Assembly: GCA_947594845.1 (NCBI GenBank)
Contig: CANQEI010000002.1
Location: 17,753-81,752, forward strand
DNA from: an uncultured Clostridia bacterium
Lineage (GTDB): Bacteria > Bacillota > Clostridia > TANB77 > CAG-508
Direction: 5' to 3'
Length of the DNA stretch: 64,000 nt
The position numbers and the translations under genes were made by a program. Shown here in pieces: positions 1-9,395 of the stretch; positions within the stretch are counted from its first letter, which is position 1, and every line of letters begins with the position of its first letter. Under the pieces are notes generated by a model. That model was not told the origin of the DNA. It saw only the letters and a program-made list of their open reading frames with translations, and did not search any database.

Positions 1-417
1 AATGAAATATTAAATAAAGAATCTGGATTATATGGTGTTTCTCAAATTTCACCAGATGCTAGAGATATTGAAAATGCAGCATTTAATGAAGGTGATCATA
101 ATGCAAGATTAGCACTAGATAATTATCATTATTTAGTTGTTGCATATATTGCAAGATGTGTTGCTGCTATGAACGGTATTGATGTTTTAACATTTACTGC
201 AGGAACAGGTGAAAAAGGATGGGAAACTAGAGAAGAAATTTGTAAACAACTAAAATTCTTAGGTGTAGAAATTGACACAGAAGAAAACAAATTTAAAGGA
301 AAAGAAAAGAAGATAAGTACAAAGAATTCTAAAGTTGAAGTTTATGTTGTTCCAACAAACGAAGAACTTATGATAGCAAAAGAGACTGAAGAAATCGTAA
401 GCAAATTAAACAAATAA
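1..417 (+). CDS. ackA: Acetate kinase, paralog 1 (5'-truncated by window edge)
   Basis: Frame 1 open from base 1 (NEILNKESGLYGVS...DARDIE...AAMNGIDVLTFTAGTGEK...VVPTNEELMIA); colinear with the C-terminus of the downstream acetate kinase. Confidence 0.9.
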   Translation, partial: NEILNKESGLYGVSQISPDARDIENAAFNEGDHNARLALDNYHYLVVAYIARCVAAMNGIDVLTFTAGTGEKGWETREEICKQLKFLGVEIDTEENKFKGKEKKISTKNSKVEVYVVPTNEELMIAKETEEIVSKLNK

Positions 418-473
418 AGATACAAAAAAACGCACCAAAAAGAAATAAATCAAAATAAAAATATTCGGAAAAG

Positions 474-532
474 AAGCAAGTATAGCAAGGCAAAATAATA
501 TTTTTAATACCGGAGTGTACGTTTGTACATGA
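474..532. repeat. Degenerate first copy of palindromic intergenic element
   Basis: AAGCAAGTATAGCAAGGCAAA...ACCGGAGTGTAC-GTTT-GTACATGA aligns with AAGCAAGTATTACAAGGCAAA...ACCGGAGGTGTAC-GATG-GTACATTGA of the copy at 558-676. Confidence 0.7.
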
Positions 533-557
533 AAATAAAAATTGAAAATAAAATTGA

Positions 558-676
558 AGATTTATCAAAAGCAAGTATTACAAGGCAAACGAGTGAGCAA
601 ACCGGAGGTGTACGATGGTACATTGAGGATTTGCGAACGAAGTTTAACGAAGTAAGACGCAGCTTTTCATAAATCT
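558..676. mobile_element. RPE-like / MITE-like palindromic element (119 bp, long hairpin)
   Basis: 15-bp terminal inverted repeat AGATTTATCAAAAGC / GCTTTTCATAAATCT (1 mismatch); nested stems TTAC/GTAA, AAAC/GTTT, GCAAA/TTTGC, GTGTAC/GTACAT; more GC-rich than flanks. Confidence 0.65.
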
Positions 677-688
677 GTGGAGGAGAGA

Positions 689-1879
689 ATGAAAATACTA
701 GTCTTAAACTGCGGCAGTTCATCACTAAAATACCAACTAATAGATATGGAAAGTGAAAAATTGCTAGCATCAGGAAAATATGAAAGAATAGGTGAAAAAG
801 AAGCTTTTATAACACATAAGGTTAATGGTCAAAAGAAAACGATTGAGCATTATGCACCAGATCATGCAGAAGCTATAGATTTCACATTAAAACAACTTAT
901 AAATCCAGAATATAAAGTTATAGATTCTTTGGATGAAATTTCTGCTATTGGACATAGAGCTGTTCATGGAGGAGAAAAGATTGCAGAATCTGTTATTATA
1001 GATGAAGATGTTATTCAGACAATAAAAGATAATACAGACTTAGCACCATTACACAACCCAGCAACAATACTTGGAATAGAAGCTTGTCAAAAAGTAATGC
1101 CAGGTAAACCAATGGTAGCAGTTTTTGATACAGCATTTCATCAAACTATGCCAAAAGAAAATTACATATATCCAATTCCATATGAATATTACGAAAAGTA
1201 TGGAGTAAGAAAATATGGATTTCACGGAACATCACATATGTATGTTTCAAGAAGAGTTGCAGAAATAATGAATAAACCTATTGAAGAATTAAAAATTGTT
1301 AGTTGTCATTTAGGACAAGGAGCAAGCATATGTGCTATTCAAAATGGCAAATCAGTTGAAACAAGTATGGGACTAACACCACTTGGAGGAATACCAATGG
1401 TTACAAGAAGTGGAGATTTAGATCCATCAGTTGTTTTATATATCATGAAAAAAGAAAATTTAACTGCAGAAGAAATGGAAAAGAAACTTAATAAAGATTC
1501 TGGAGTTATGGGAATTTCTGGATTAGCACCAGATTTTAGAGAAATTGAGGCAGCTAGCTATGGAAATAATGAAAGAGCAAGAATTGCTATGGAAAACTTT
1601 AAGTCTACTATTGCACAATATGTTGCAAGATATGCTGCTGTAATGAATGGTGTTGATGTCGTAGTATTCACTGGTGGAGTTGGAGAAAACCAAATAAATA
1701 TACGTAAAGGAATTTGCCAACATCTTGAATTCATGGGATTAAATCTTGATGAAGAAGCTAATAATGTTAGAAGTGAGGAAAAGATGATTTCAACATCAGA
1801 TTCAAAAGTTAAGGCATATGTTGTTCCAACAGATGAAGAAATGATGATAGCTAAGGAAACTCAAAGACTTGTAAAATAA
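689..1879 (+). CDS. ackA: Acetate kinase, paralog 2
   Basis: MKILVLNCGSSSLKY, HRAVHGG, APLHNP, FDTAFH, YGFHGTSH, PTDEE motifs; RBS GGAGGA at 679-684 favours ATG 689. Confidence 0.96.
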   Translation: MKILVLNCGSSSLKYQLIDMESEKLLASGKYERIGEKEAFITHKVNGQKKTIEHYAPDHAEAIDFTLKQLINPEYKVIDSLDEISAIGHRAVHGGEKIAESVIIDEDVIQTIKDNTDLAPLHNPATILGIEACQKVMPGKPMVAVFDTAFHQTMPKENYIYPIPYEYYEKYGVRKYGFHGTSHMYVSRRVAEIMNKPIEELKIVSCHLGQGASICAIQNGKSVETSMGLTPLGGIPMVTRSGDLDPSVVLYIMKKENLTAEEMEKKLNKDSGVMGISGLAPDFREIEAASYGNNERARIAMENFKSTIAQYVARYAAVMNGVDVVVFTGGVGENQINIRKGICQHLEFMGLNLDEEANNVRSEEKMISTSDSKVKAYVVPTDEEMMIAKETQRLVK

Positions 1880-1899
1880 ATATTTTAGAAGGAGAAATT

Positions 1900-3159
1900 A
1901 TGAAAAACAAAAAGATAGTTATAATATTATCAATTGTTATTGCTATAGTCATTATAGCAGCTGCTGTTGTTGCTGGATGGCTAATGCTAAACAAAAATAA
2001 TGATAAAGATGAAAAAGATAAAAAATCTGAACCAGAGTTTAGCTGGCAAGATCTTTATTCTGAAAAAATTAAAGAACAAGAAGAAAATGTTGATATAGGA
2101 CTAGTTGATTTAAACTTTGATGAAATACCAGAATTGATAATAAAAACTTCAAAAGGAATATTTAGTATTTTTACTGCTAATAAAGAAAACAAAACTTCAG
2201 AAGCAGTTGTTGAAAATTCAGAAATTGATAATTTAATATTAGTTTATGATTATGAAAAACAAGCTTATAAGTATGTGTATACAACTAAAAATAATGAAAC
2301 CAAAAGTACTGTAATTAGTGAAGATTTATCAACAGAAGAAGTTGATAATACAACAGAAGAATACGAACAAAACAATATTCCTATTAAAGAAAATATCCAA
2401 GAAGATGTTAATACAAGTATAGAAACTAATAGCGAAGATGATGTAATAAAAGAAAAATTAGATTCTGCTGAGGAAAAATCTAAAACTGTTGATGATTATG
2501 AGGCAGAACTTGGAAAAGATATAGATGAATATATTGAGGAAAAGAGAAAAGAATTAACAGAAAAACCTTCTGAAGAAGAAGCTATGGAAATTGGAGAAGA
2601 ACTATATGAATATGGAGAGTATCCTGTTATTGGTGAATATTCAGGAGGCAAATATAAGTCATATTTAGGAAAATCAAAAGCTCAGCTTTTAGAAAATGCA
2701 GAAAGAAAAGATTTTAACGGAATTTATGCAGGACATAAATTTACAAATAGTTCAGATGTAGAAGATTATTTCACACAGAATAGACTAAATGAACTTACAG
2801 CAAGCAAACAGCCATCACCATATGGATTAGAAAAATCAAATGGTTCTTGGTATTTACTAGACGCACCAGTTGGAAGTGATCCAACATTTTTGGTAACAAC
2901 TTTAGATATTAAATCTATTACAAATAACAAAATAACTTATACAGCAACAACTTACTATTCAGATGATTTTTACGAGATTGGTGAAAAGTATAATATAATG
3001 GATGGTAATAATTACGACAGTGAAAAAACAACAGAAAATCTTAGAAAAAACATAGACACAATAAAAAAGAATTATAAAACAACTACAGAAGTACATGATT
3101 TTGTAATAGTTAAAGAAGACGGAAAATGGAAAATTGACCAACAAAAAGTCACATATTAA
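1900..3159 (+). CDS. Membrane-anchored acidic extracytoplasmic protein, C-terminal IseA/NTF2-like domain
   Basis: N-terminal basic residues plus hydrophobic helix; DLNFDEIPEL motif; C-terminal FVIVKEDGKWKID; RBS AAGGAG. Confidence 0.5.
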   Translation: MKNKKIVIILSIVIAIVIIAAAVVAGWLMLNKNNDKDEKDKKSEPEFSWQDLYSEKIKEQEENVDIGLVDLNFDEIPELIIKTSKGIFSIFTANKENKTSEAVVENSEIDNLILVYDYEKQAYKYVYTTKNNETKSTVISEDLSTEEVDNTTEEYEQNNIPIKENIQEDVNTSIETNSEDDVIKEKLDSAEEKSKTVDDYEAELGKDIDEYIEEKRKELTEKPSEEEAMEIGEELYEYGEYPVIGEYSGGKYKSYLGKSKAQLLENAERKDFNGIYAGHKFTNSSDVEDYFTQNRLNELTASKQPSPYGLEKSNGSWYLLDAPVGSDPTFLVTTLDIKSITNNKITYTATTYYSDDFYEIGEKYNIMDGNNYDSEKTTENLRKNIDTIKKNYKTTTEVHDFVIVKEDGKWKIDQQKVTY

Positions 3160-3168
3160 TTTTTTACA

Positions 3169-3198
3169 AAAGAGCGTAATAAGAGTGTTACGCTCTTT
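3169..3198 (+). terminator. Hairpin, possible intrinsic terminator
   Basis: AAAGAGCGTAA...TTACGCTCTTT inverted repeat after the stop; short U-tract. Confidence 0.55.
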
Positions 3199-3213
3199 CT
3201 AACGGAGAAATAA

Positions 3214-4491
3214 ATGATAGATATAGAAAAATATTTAAACAATTTTTTTAAGGGGACAAAAGATCCTTCATTAAGTGCAATGAAATTTTTTATGAATGAA
3301 TATGGAAATTTCGAAAAAGAAATGAAATTTATACATATTGCTGGGACTAACGGAAAAGGCAGTTGTGCTGAAATGATTAGTAATATATTAATAAATGCAG
3401 GATACAATGTAGGAAAGTTTCTATCACCTCATTTAATTAAGTATAATGAAAGAATTAGCGTAAATGGGAAAAATATTAGTGATAAAGAAATGTCTGACAT
3501 AATAGAAGAACTAGAACCTAAGGTAAAGAAATATAATGAAAATTCAAAAACAGCTGTTACATTGTTTGAACTAGAAACTACTATGGGACTATTATATTTC
3601 TACAGAAAAAAAGTTGATTTTGTAGTTTTAGAAACAGGACTTGGAGGATTATATGATTGCACCAATATTATTACTAAACCAGAAGTTTCAATAATTACAT
3701 CAATTGGATATGATCATATGAGAATATTAGGAAATACTTTACCAGAAATTGCGTTTCAAAAGGCAGGCATTATAAAAGAAAATTCAAATACTATATTTTT
3801 TTCACAAACAGAAGATGTAGATGATGTGTTTAAGAAAAAATGTATAGAAAAAAATAATTTTCTTCATCTAATTCATCCAGAAGATATATCAAATTTTAGA
3901 TACGATCAAAATTATCAATATTTTGATTATAAAGATTTAAAAGAAATAGCAATAAACTTAAAGGGAATGAAACAGATAAATAATGCAAGTATTTGTATTG
4001 AATGCATAAGAATTTTAAATAAGTTAGGATATAAAATTTCAGAAGGAAACCTTAGAAAAGGCTTAAAAACGGTAATTCATAAAGGCAGAATGGAAATAAT
4101 AAGTAAAGAACCATTAATAATATTTGATGGAGCACATAATGAACCTGCTATTGAAAATTTAAAACAAACAATAAAAATGTATTATAAAGATTTTGAAAAA
4201 ACTTATATTATTTCAATTCTTAAAAGAAAAGATTATAAAAAAATGATCAAAGATTTAATTACAGATGAGAAAGCAACTTTTATAATGACATCAGGAAATG
4301 ATGAAACAATGTATACTTCTAAAGAAGAACTATATCAGATAGCAATGGAGTATAAAAATGAGGAACAAGTAGTATTAATGGAAAATCTTGAAGATGCAAT
4401 AAAATCATTGAAAAGTAAAAGTAACTCTGTAAATTTTGTAATAGGAAGCTTTTATGTTTATGGAAATGCTATAAATGCAATAAAGAAATAA
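3214..4491 (+). CDS. folC: Folylpolyglutamate synthase / dihydrofolate synthase
   Basis: IHIAGTNGKGS P-loop, SPHL, LETGLGG, DHM, KAGIIK, DGAHN motifs. Confidence 0.95.
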   Translation: MIDIEKYLNNFFKGTKDPSLSAMKFFMNEYGNFEKEMKFIHIAGTNGKGSCAEMISNILINAGYNVGKFLSPHLIKYNERISVNGKNISDKEMSDIIEELEPKVKKYNENSKTAVTLFELETTMGLLYFYRKKVDFVVLETGLGGLYDCTNIITKPEVSIITSIGYDHMRILGNTLPEIAFQKAGIIKENSNTIFFSQTEDVDDVFKKKCIEKNNFLHLIHPEDISNFRYDQNYQYFDYKDLKEIAINLKGMKQINNASICIECIRILNKLGYKISEGNLRKGLKTVIHKGRMEIISKEPLIIFDGAHNEPAIENLKQTIKMYYKDFEKTYIISILKRKDYKKMIKDLITDEKATFIMTSGNDETMYTSKEELYQIAMEYKNEEQVVLMENLEDAIKSLKSKSNSVNFVIGSFYVYGNAINAIKK

Positions 4492-4520
4492 AAAATGTTA
4501 ATTTGAATATTTTATAAAAA

Positions 4521-4553
4521 ATAATAGTGCCTTTAAATTTAAGGCACTATTAT
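4521..4553. terminator. Bidirectional terminator between convergent folC and rqcH
   Basis: 13-bp inverted repeat ATAATAGTGCCTT / AAGGCACTATTAT overlapping the rqcH stop. Confidence 0.7.
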
Positions 4554-6203
4554 CGTTTTATAATTTGTATAACTAACCATTCCTGTTTTGCCACTTGGAT
4601 GCTTTTTTACATATTTTATATAAGTATAATCAACAGAAACATTTCTTTCTAAAGATGCTTTGCAGTTTTGCTTTGCAATTTGAGCACATTTAAAAATTGT
4701 ATCATCATCAGGAGTTTTTCCATTAGTTTTTAAAATAACATGTGCACCATGAAATCCTTGTGCGTGAAACCATAAATCAGATTTATTAGCATAATGCAAA
4801 GACAAATAGTCATTTTGCTTATTATTTTTACCAATATATACTTCATAATTATTAATAATTATTTTCTTTAAATTATTTGTTAAAGCATTGTCTGTATTTA
4901 TTTTTTGAAAAGATTTATAATTATATTTTTTCATTTGTTCATTTTCAGAAAATTCGTTATGTATTTCTTCAATATCTTCTAATGTTTGAGCATTAGAAAG
5001 AGAATATATAATACTCTCAATATAGTCTAATTCTAATTCTGTTTCTTTTTTCTGAATAGTAACGACATTTAAGGTGTTTTTTAATTTATTATATTTTTTA
5101 AAAAATTTTTCAACATTTTTTGAATAAGAAATAGTAGGATCTAATTTTATAGTTATAGGAATATTTTCATTGTAATAATTTTCAACTACAATTTCTGGAT
5201 CAGCAAAATCACCATGGAATCTATACAAATTTGCTGTTAATAATTCACCATATAATTTATATTTGTCCATATCATTGCAACTATTTAATTTTTCATTAAT
5301 GTTTTCCAATTTTTTAGAAGATTTTTTTAATGCAACTAAAATAAGCTTAGATAAAGTTGATTTAGCATTATTAAAAATATCTTCATTTTCTTTAGATGTA
5401 TAATAATTGTCCAAAAAACTATTTAAATCATAATTCCCTTCAGAAAACTCAATAGTATAGTCTTTTTCTATTACTTTTGGAAGAAGGTTATTAGTTCCAA
5501 AGTTACTAATCAAGTTATTAATATAATTATAAACTTTTTTAATATCGTCTAAATTTTTTGTATATGCATCAACATTTAAGATATTAAATATATTTGATAC
5601 AAATATTGTACTAAAACCTGTAAAAGAATTAGATATTCCTTCTATTAAATTATCAAAAGAAGAAATGGAAGAGTTAAACTCTTCAAAACTGTTTAAGCCT
5701 AAAAAAGATTTCTTTTGTGTAAGTGGTTTAACATAAAATCTAGCAGGAAGAATTTCTCTATCAGATGTAATGATATGTTTTATAGAATCAATAATAAATC
5801 CTTTATCATTAATCAAAATAATATTACTACGTCTTCCCATAAGTTCAATCATTAAGGAAAAATTTATTGTATCCTTTACTTCATTTGTACCTTCAAAATT
5901 TATACAAACTAGTCTATCTAAATCATAACTTTCAATACTTTTAATTTTAGCATTAGATAAATATTTTCTTAGCAACATGCAAAAATTCATAGCATTAGTT
6001 GGATTAGTTTTTGTGTTATTTGTAAGACAAATTCTATAGTAATTAGGATGAATACATATATTTAAAATATAATTTTCATAATTGTATAAATTAAATATAA
6101 TTTCAAATTTATTAGGTTGTAATATTTTATTAACTCTGGCACCAATTAATTTTTTTTGAAAATCAGAAACAAGAGCCTTTAAAATTATTCCATCAAAAGC
6201 CAT
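4539..6203 (-). CDS. rqcH: NFACT family ribosome quality control protein RqcH (FbpA/YloA)
   Basis: MAFDG start, NFCMLLRKYL, LDR, IELMGRRSNIIL, GKNNKQND, DLWFHA, GAHVIL, VDYT motifs; RBS AAAGGAG. Confidence 0.93.
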   Translation of the reverse strand: MAFDGIILKALVSDFQKKLIGARVNKILQPNKFEIIFNLYNYENYILNICIHPNYYRICLTNNTKTNPTNAMNFCMLLRKYLSNAKIKSIESYDLDRLVCINFEGTNEVKDTINFSLMIELMGRRSNIILINDKGFIIDSIKHIITSDREILPARFYVKPLTQKKSFLGLNSFEEFNSSISSFDNLIEGISNSFTGFSTIFVSNIFNILNVDAYTKNLDDIKKVYNYINNLISNFGTNNLLPKVIEKDYTIEFSEGNYDLNSFLDNYYTSKENEDIFNNAKSTLSKLILVALKKSSKKLENINEKLNSCNDMDKYKLYGELLTANLYRFHGDFADPEIVVENYYNENIPITIKLDPTISYSKNVEKFFKKYNKLKNTLNVVTIQKKETELELDYIESIIYSLSNAQTLEDIEEIHNEFSENEQMKKYNYKSFQKINTDNALTNNLKKIIINNYEVYIGKNNKQNDYLSLHYANKSDLWFHAQGFHGAHVILKTNGKTPDDDTIFKCAQIAKQNCKASLERNVSVDYTYIKYVKKHPSGKTGMVSYTNYKTIIVP

Positions 6204-6387
6204 ATTAACTCCTTTCACGAAATAATAATATAGTAGAAATAATCAAAAAGTCAAGCATAAAATATTTATGAGAAATAGAACAATAAACTTGTTTAAAAAA
6301 AAGTCATATGTTATAATGATAACCATGAAATAGCAAACAGAATTGCTACTTTTTAAAAGGTTGTTGAAATGAGGAGGAAAAGAAAAA

Positions 6388-7653
6388 ATGTTAATTGAAA
6401 AATTCATATTTAACATATTGGCTTTTTCTTTATTTATTATCATTTTTTCAAAATTAATAAGAAAAAATGATACAAGTTATATTGTTATATTAATAATAGA
6501 GGCAATTGGAATAGCATTAAATTTTTTGGAATTATTAATTGGAGGAATTTTCGAAGGAATAATTTCGAAAATTCTTATGTATATAATGTCAGTTGTATTA
6601 CCAGTAGTAGTTGTTGTTATAGAATATAATGGAAACAATTTTTCAGAAATATTTGCAACATTAAAAGCAAAAATATTAATGAAACTTGGAGATATACAAG
6701 CAGCAAAAGATACTTTACTTAATATGATGAATAAATATCCAGATACATACAAAGGACATATACTACTAGCAAAAATTTACGAAAAACAAGGTGAAACAAA
6801 TAAAGCAATAGATGAATATGTAAAATCAGTTGACTCAAATAAAAGAGATTATGATTCTTTTTATAGGATAGCTGAATTATTAAATGATATGGGCAGAAAA
6901 GATGAAGCAACAACAATGCTTTTTCATCTTTTAGAAAACAAGCCAGAATATTACAAAGCATCAATATTATTAGGTGATTTATTATACGAACAAGAAAGAT
7001 TTAAAGAAGCTGTAAATGTATATCAAGATGCATTAAAATATAAACCTGCAGATTTTGATTTATACTATTGTTTGGGAATGGCATATACAAGATTAAATGA
7101 TTTTGCAAATGCAAAAGAAAGCTATGAAAAGGCTGCAGAAATAAATCATAGATTACATATGGCAAATTATTCTTTAGGTCAGATTGCATTAATAGAAAAA
7201 GATTTAGATGCTGCTGAAAAATATTTTGCAGAATGTCTAATGTCAGAAGAATTAGAACCTAATGCATATTATCAGCTTGCTAAAATATATATTATAAAGG
7301 GAGAAAAAGATAAAGCAATAGCTTTTGCAAATAAAGCAATAGAACTTGATGATAAATATTTTGAAAAAATATCAAAAGAAAAGATATTTGAGCCAATAAA
7401 AATGCATTTAATATTACCAGAAAAAAGCGGAACTAAAACTTTGAAAAAATTAAATAAGAAAGACGAAGAACTTCAAAAATACTTAGAAGAAACTTTATAT
7501 TTAATTGATGATATGAATGAAAACGAAATAAAAAATAGAGCAATACAAAAAGTTGATGAGATATTTAAAACTAAAGAAAAAGATGATCAAATTGAAAATA
7601 CAAAAGAAAAAGAAGAATTAGAAGAATATAATATACAAAAGGAAAAATTTTAA
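6388..7653 (+). CDS. Membrane-anchored tetratricopeptide repeat protein
   Basis: Three N-terminal hydrophobic segments followed by multiple TPR-type repeats (e.g. LYYCLGMAYTRLNDFANAKESYEKA). Confidence 0.85.
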   Translation: MLIEKFIFNILAFSLFIIIFSKLIRKNDTSYIVILIIEAIGIALNFLELLIGGIFEGIISKILMYIMSVVLPVVVVVIEYNGNNFSEIFATLKAKILMKLGDIQAAKDTLLNMMNKYPDTYKGHILLAKIYEKQGETNKAIDEYVKSVDSNKRDYDSFYRIAELLNDMGRKDEATTMLFHLLENKPEYYKASILLGDLLYEQERFKEAVNVYQDALKYKPADFDLYYCLGMAYTRLNDFANAKESYEKAAEINHRLHMANYSLGQIALIEKDLDAAEKYFAECLMSEELEPNAYYQLAKIYIIKGEKDKAIAFANKAIELDDKYFEKISKEKIFEPIKMHLILPEKSGTKTLKKLNKKDEELQKYLEETLYLIDDMNENEIKNRAIQKVDEIFKTKEKDDQIENTKEKEELEEYNIQKEKF

Positions 7654-7672
7654 TATAGAAAAGGAGAAAAAT

Positions 7673-8548
7673 ATGTATAAAACAATATCCATTATCGGAG
7701 GAGATTTAAGGATTATTAATTTGATTGGGTTATTAGCAAAAGATGACTTCATGATATATACATATGGATTAGAAAATTCAGAAGATTTAATTGAAAATAA
7801 AAATATAAAAAAATGCAGAAGCATACCAGAAGTTGTAAACAGCTCTGAAATAATAATTGGACCAGTTCCAATGACAAACGATTCTGAATTTTTAAGTGCA
7901 CCTTTTTCAGAAGAAAAGATTATGATTGATGAATTAATAAATGAAATGTCAAATAAAAATAAAACATTTCTTGCTGGAAATATTTCAAATAAAATAATGG
8001 ATAAATTACAAGAGAGAAATATAGAATACATTGATTTATTAAAAAGAGAAGAATTAGTTGTTTTAAATACAATTTCAACGGCTGAAGGCGCAATACAAAT
8101 AACTATGGAAAACACAAGTAGAACAATACACGGAAGCAATATTTTGATTATGGGATTTGGAAGAGTAGGAAAAGTTTTAGCAAAAATGCTAGACGGAATA
8201 GGAGCAAAAGTTTCTTGCGAAGCTAGAAAAAATTCAGATATAGCATGGATTAAAGCATATGGATATAATCCAATACATCTAAGCGAATTAGATAATGAAT
8301 TAGGAAAATACGACATTATTATAAACACAATTCCATTTCAAATATTGGATGAAGAGAAATTATTACATGTTAAAAAAGAATGTACAATTGTAGATCTATC
8401 TTCAAATCCTGGAGGAGTTGATAGAGGAGCTGCAAGACGATTAGGATTAAAATTAATTTGGGCACTTTCTTTACCAGGAAAAGTGGCACCTCTTACATCT
8501 GCAGAGTTTATACAAGAAACTTTATATCATATATTAAAAGAAATTTAA
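7673..8548 (+). CDS. spoVFA: Dipicolinate synthase subunit A
   Basis: IIGGDLR, NTISTAEGA, GFGRVG Rossmann motif, INTIP, DLSSNPGG, LPGKVAP. Confidence 0.9.
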   Translation: MYKTISIIGGDLRIINLIGLLAKDDFMIYTYGLENSEDLIENKNIKKCRSIPEVVNSSEIIIGPVPMTNDSEFLSAPFSEEKIMIDELINEMSNKNKTFLAGNISNKIMDKLQERNIEYIDLLKREELVVLNTISTAEGAIQITMENTSRTIHGSNILIMGFGRVGKVLAKMLDGIGAKVSCEARKNSDIAWIKAYGYNPIHLSELDNELGKYDIIINTIPFQILDEEKLLHVKKECTIVDLSSNPGGVDRGAARRLGLKLIWALSLPGKVAPLTSAEFIQETLYHILKEI

Positions 8549-8570
8549 CTAGAAAGGAACTAAAGCCAAA

Positions 8571-9368
8571 ATGACACAAATATTACAGGCAATTATATTA
8601 GGAGCAGTACAAGGTTTAACAGAATTATTACCAATATCAAGCTCAGGACACTTATATCTTTTATCAGAATTCTTTTTTAAATGGCAAATATCAGATTCAT
8701 TTGATATTGCCTTACATTTTGGAACATTACTTGCAATAGGAATATTTTTCTTTAAAGATTGGATAGAACTGATAAAAGGTGGATTTAATAAAGTATTTAA
8801 AAAACAGGATTCAACAGAAGGAAAAATATTCTGGTATATAGTAGCAGCAACAATACCTGCTGGTATTATTGGATTAATTTTTGAACATTTTTTAGAAGAA
8901 TATTTAAAGCATCCTTTAATAGTAGCAACTGCGTTAATTATAATGGGAATTTTACTATATGTTGTAGATAAAAAATCAAAGTCAGAAACTACATATGAAA
9001 ATATGAGTTTTAAACAAGCTTTTTTGATAGGAATTTCACAGGTATTAGCCTTTGTACCAGGAGTTTCAAGATCAGGAGCAACAATAACTGTTGGAAGAGC
9101 ATTAAAAGTAGATAGAAGTAGTGTGGCAAAATATACATTTTTATTATCAACACCAATTGTATTTGCAGCAACAGTATTAAAAATAATGGATTTTGAATTT
9201 TCAATAGCTTTCTTTATTGGAGTATTAACTAGCTTTCTAGTTGGATTACTCGTAATAAAATTTCTTATGAACTTTTTGAAAAAAGGCAGCTTTAAAATTT
9301 TTGCTATTTACAGAGTTATACTAGGACTAGTTGTTTATGCTGTATTCTTTTTAAGAATGTTTATATAA
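8571..9368 (+). CDS. uppP: Undecaprenyl-diphosphate phosphatase
   Basis: QGLTELLPISSSGH and PGVSRSGATI motifs; multi-pass membrane protein. Confidence 0.96.
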   Translation: MTQILQAIILGAVQGLTELLPISSSGHLYLLSEFFFKWQISDSFDIALHFGTLLAIGIFFFKDWIELIKGGFNKVFKKQDSTEGKIFWYIVAATIPAGIIGLIFEHFLEEYLKHPLIVATALIIMGILLYVVDKKSKSETTYENMSFKQAFLIGISQVLAFVPGVSRSGATITVGRALKVDRSSVAKYTFLLSTPIVFAATVLKIMDFEFSIAFFIGVLTSFLVGLLVIKFLMNFLKKGSFKIFAIYRVILGLVVYAVFFLRMFI

Positions 9369-9395
9369 TAAATACATAAATTACAAGGAGGAAAC

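Noticed and set aside
368-770. Minus-strand ORFs 368-574 and 504-770 across the ackA intergenic region
   Set aside because: No RBS, overlap both ackA genes; better explained by the palindromic element.
7618-8328. Long antisense ORFs (e.g. 7618-8328, 17733-18341, 32046-32600, 37646-37972, 46510-47103, 47203-47745, 53773-54330)
   Set aside because: Shadows of well-conserved genes; F/S/I/L-rich as expected for the reverse of A-rich codons; no RBS.
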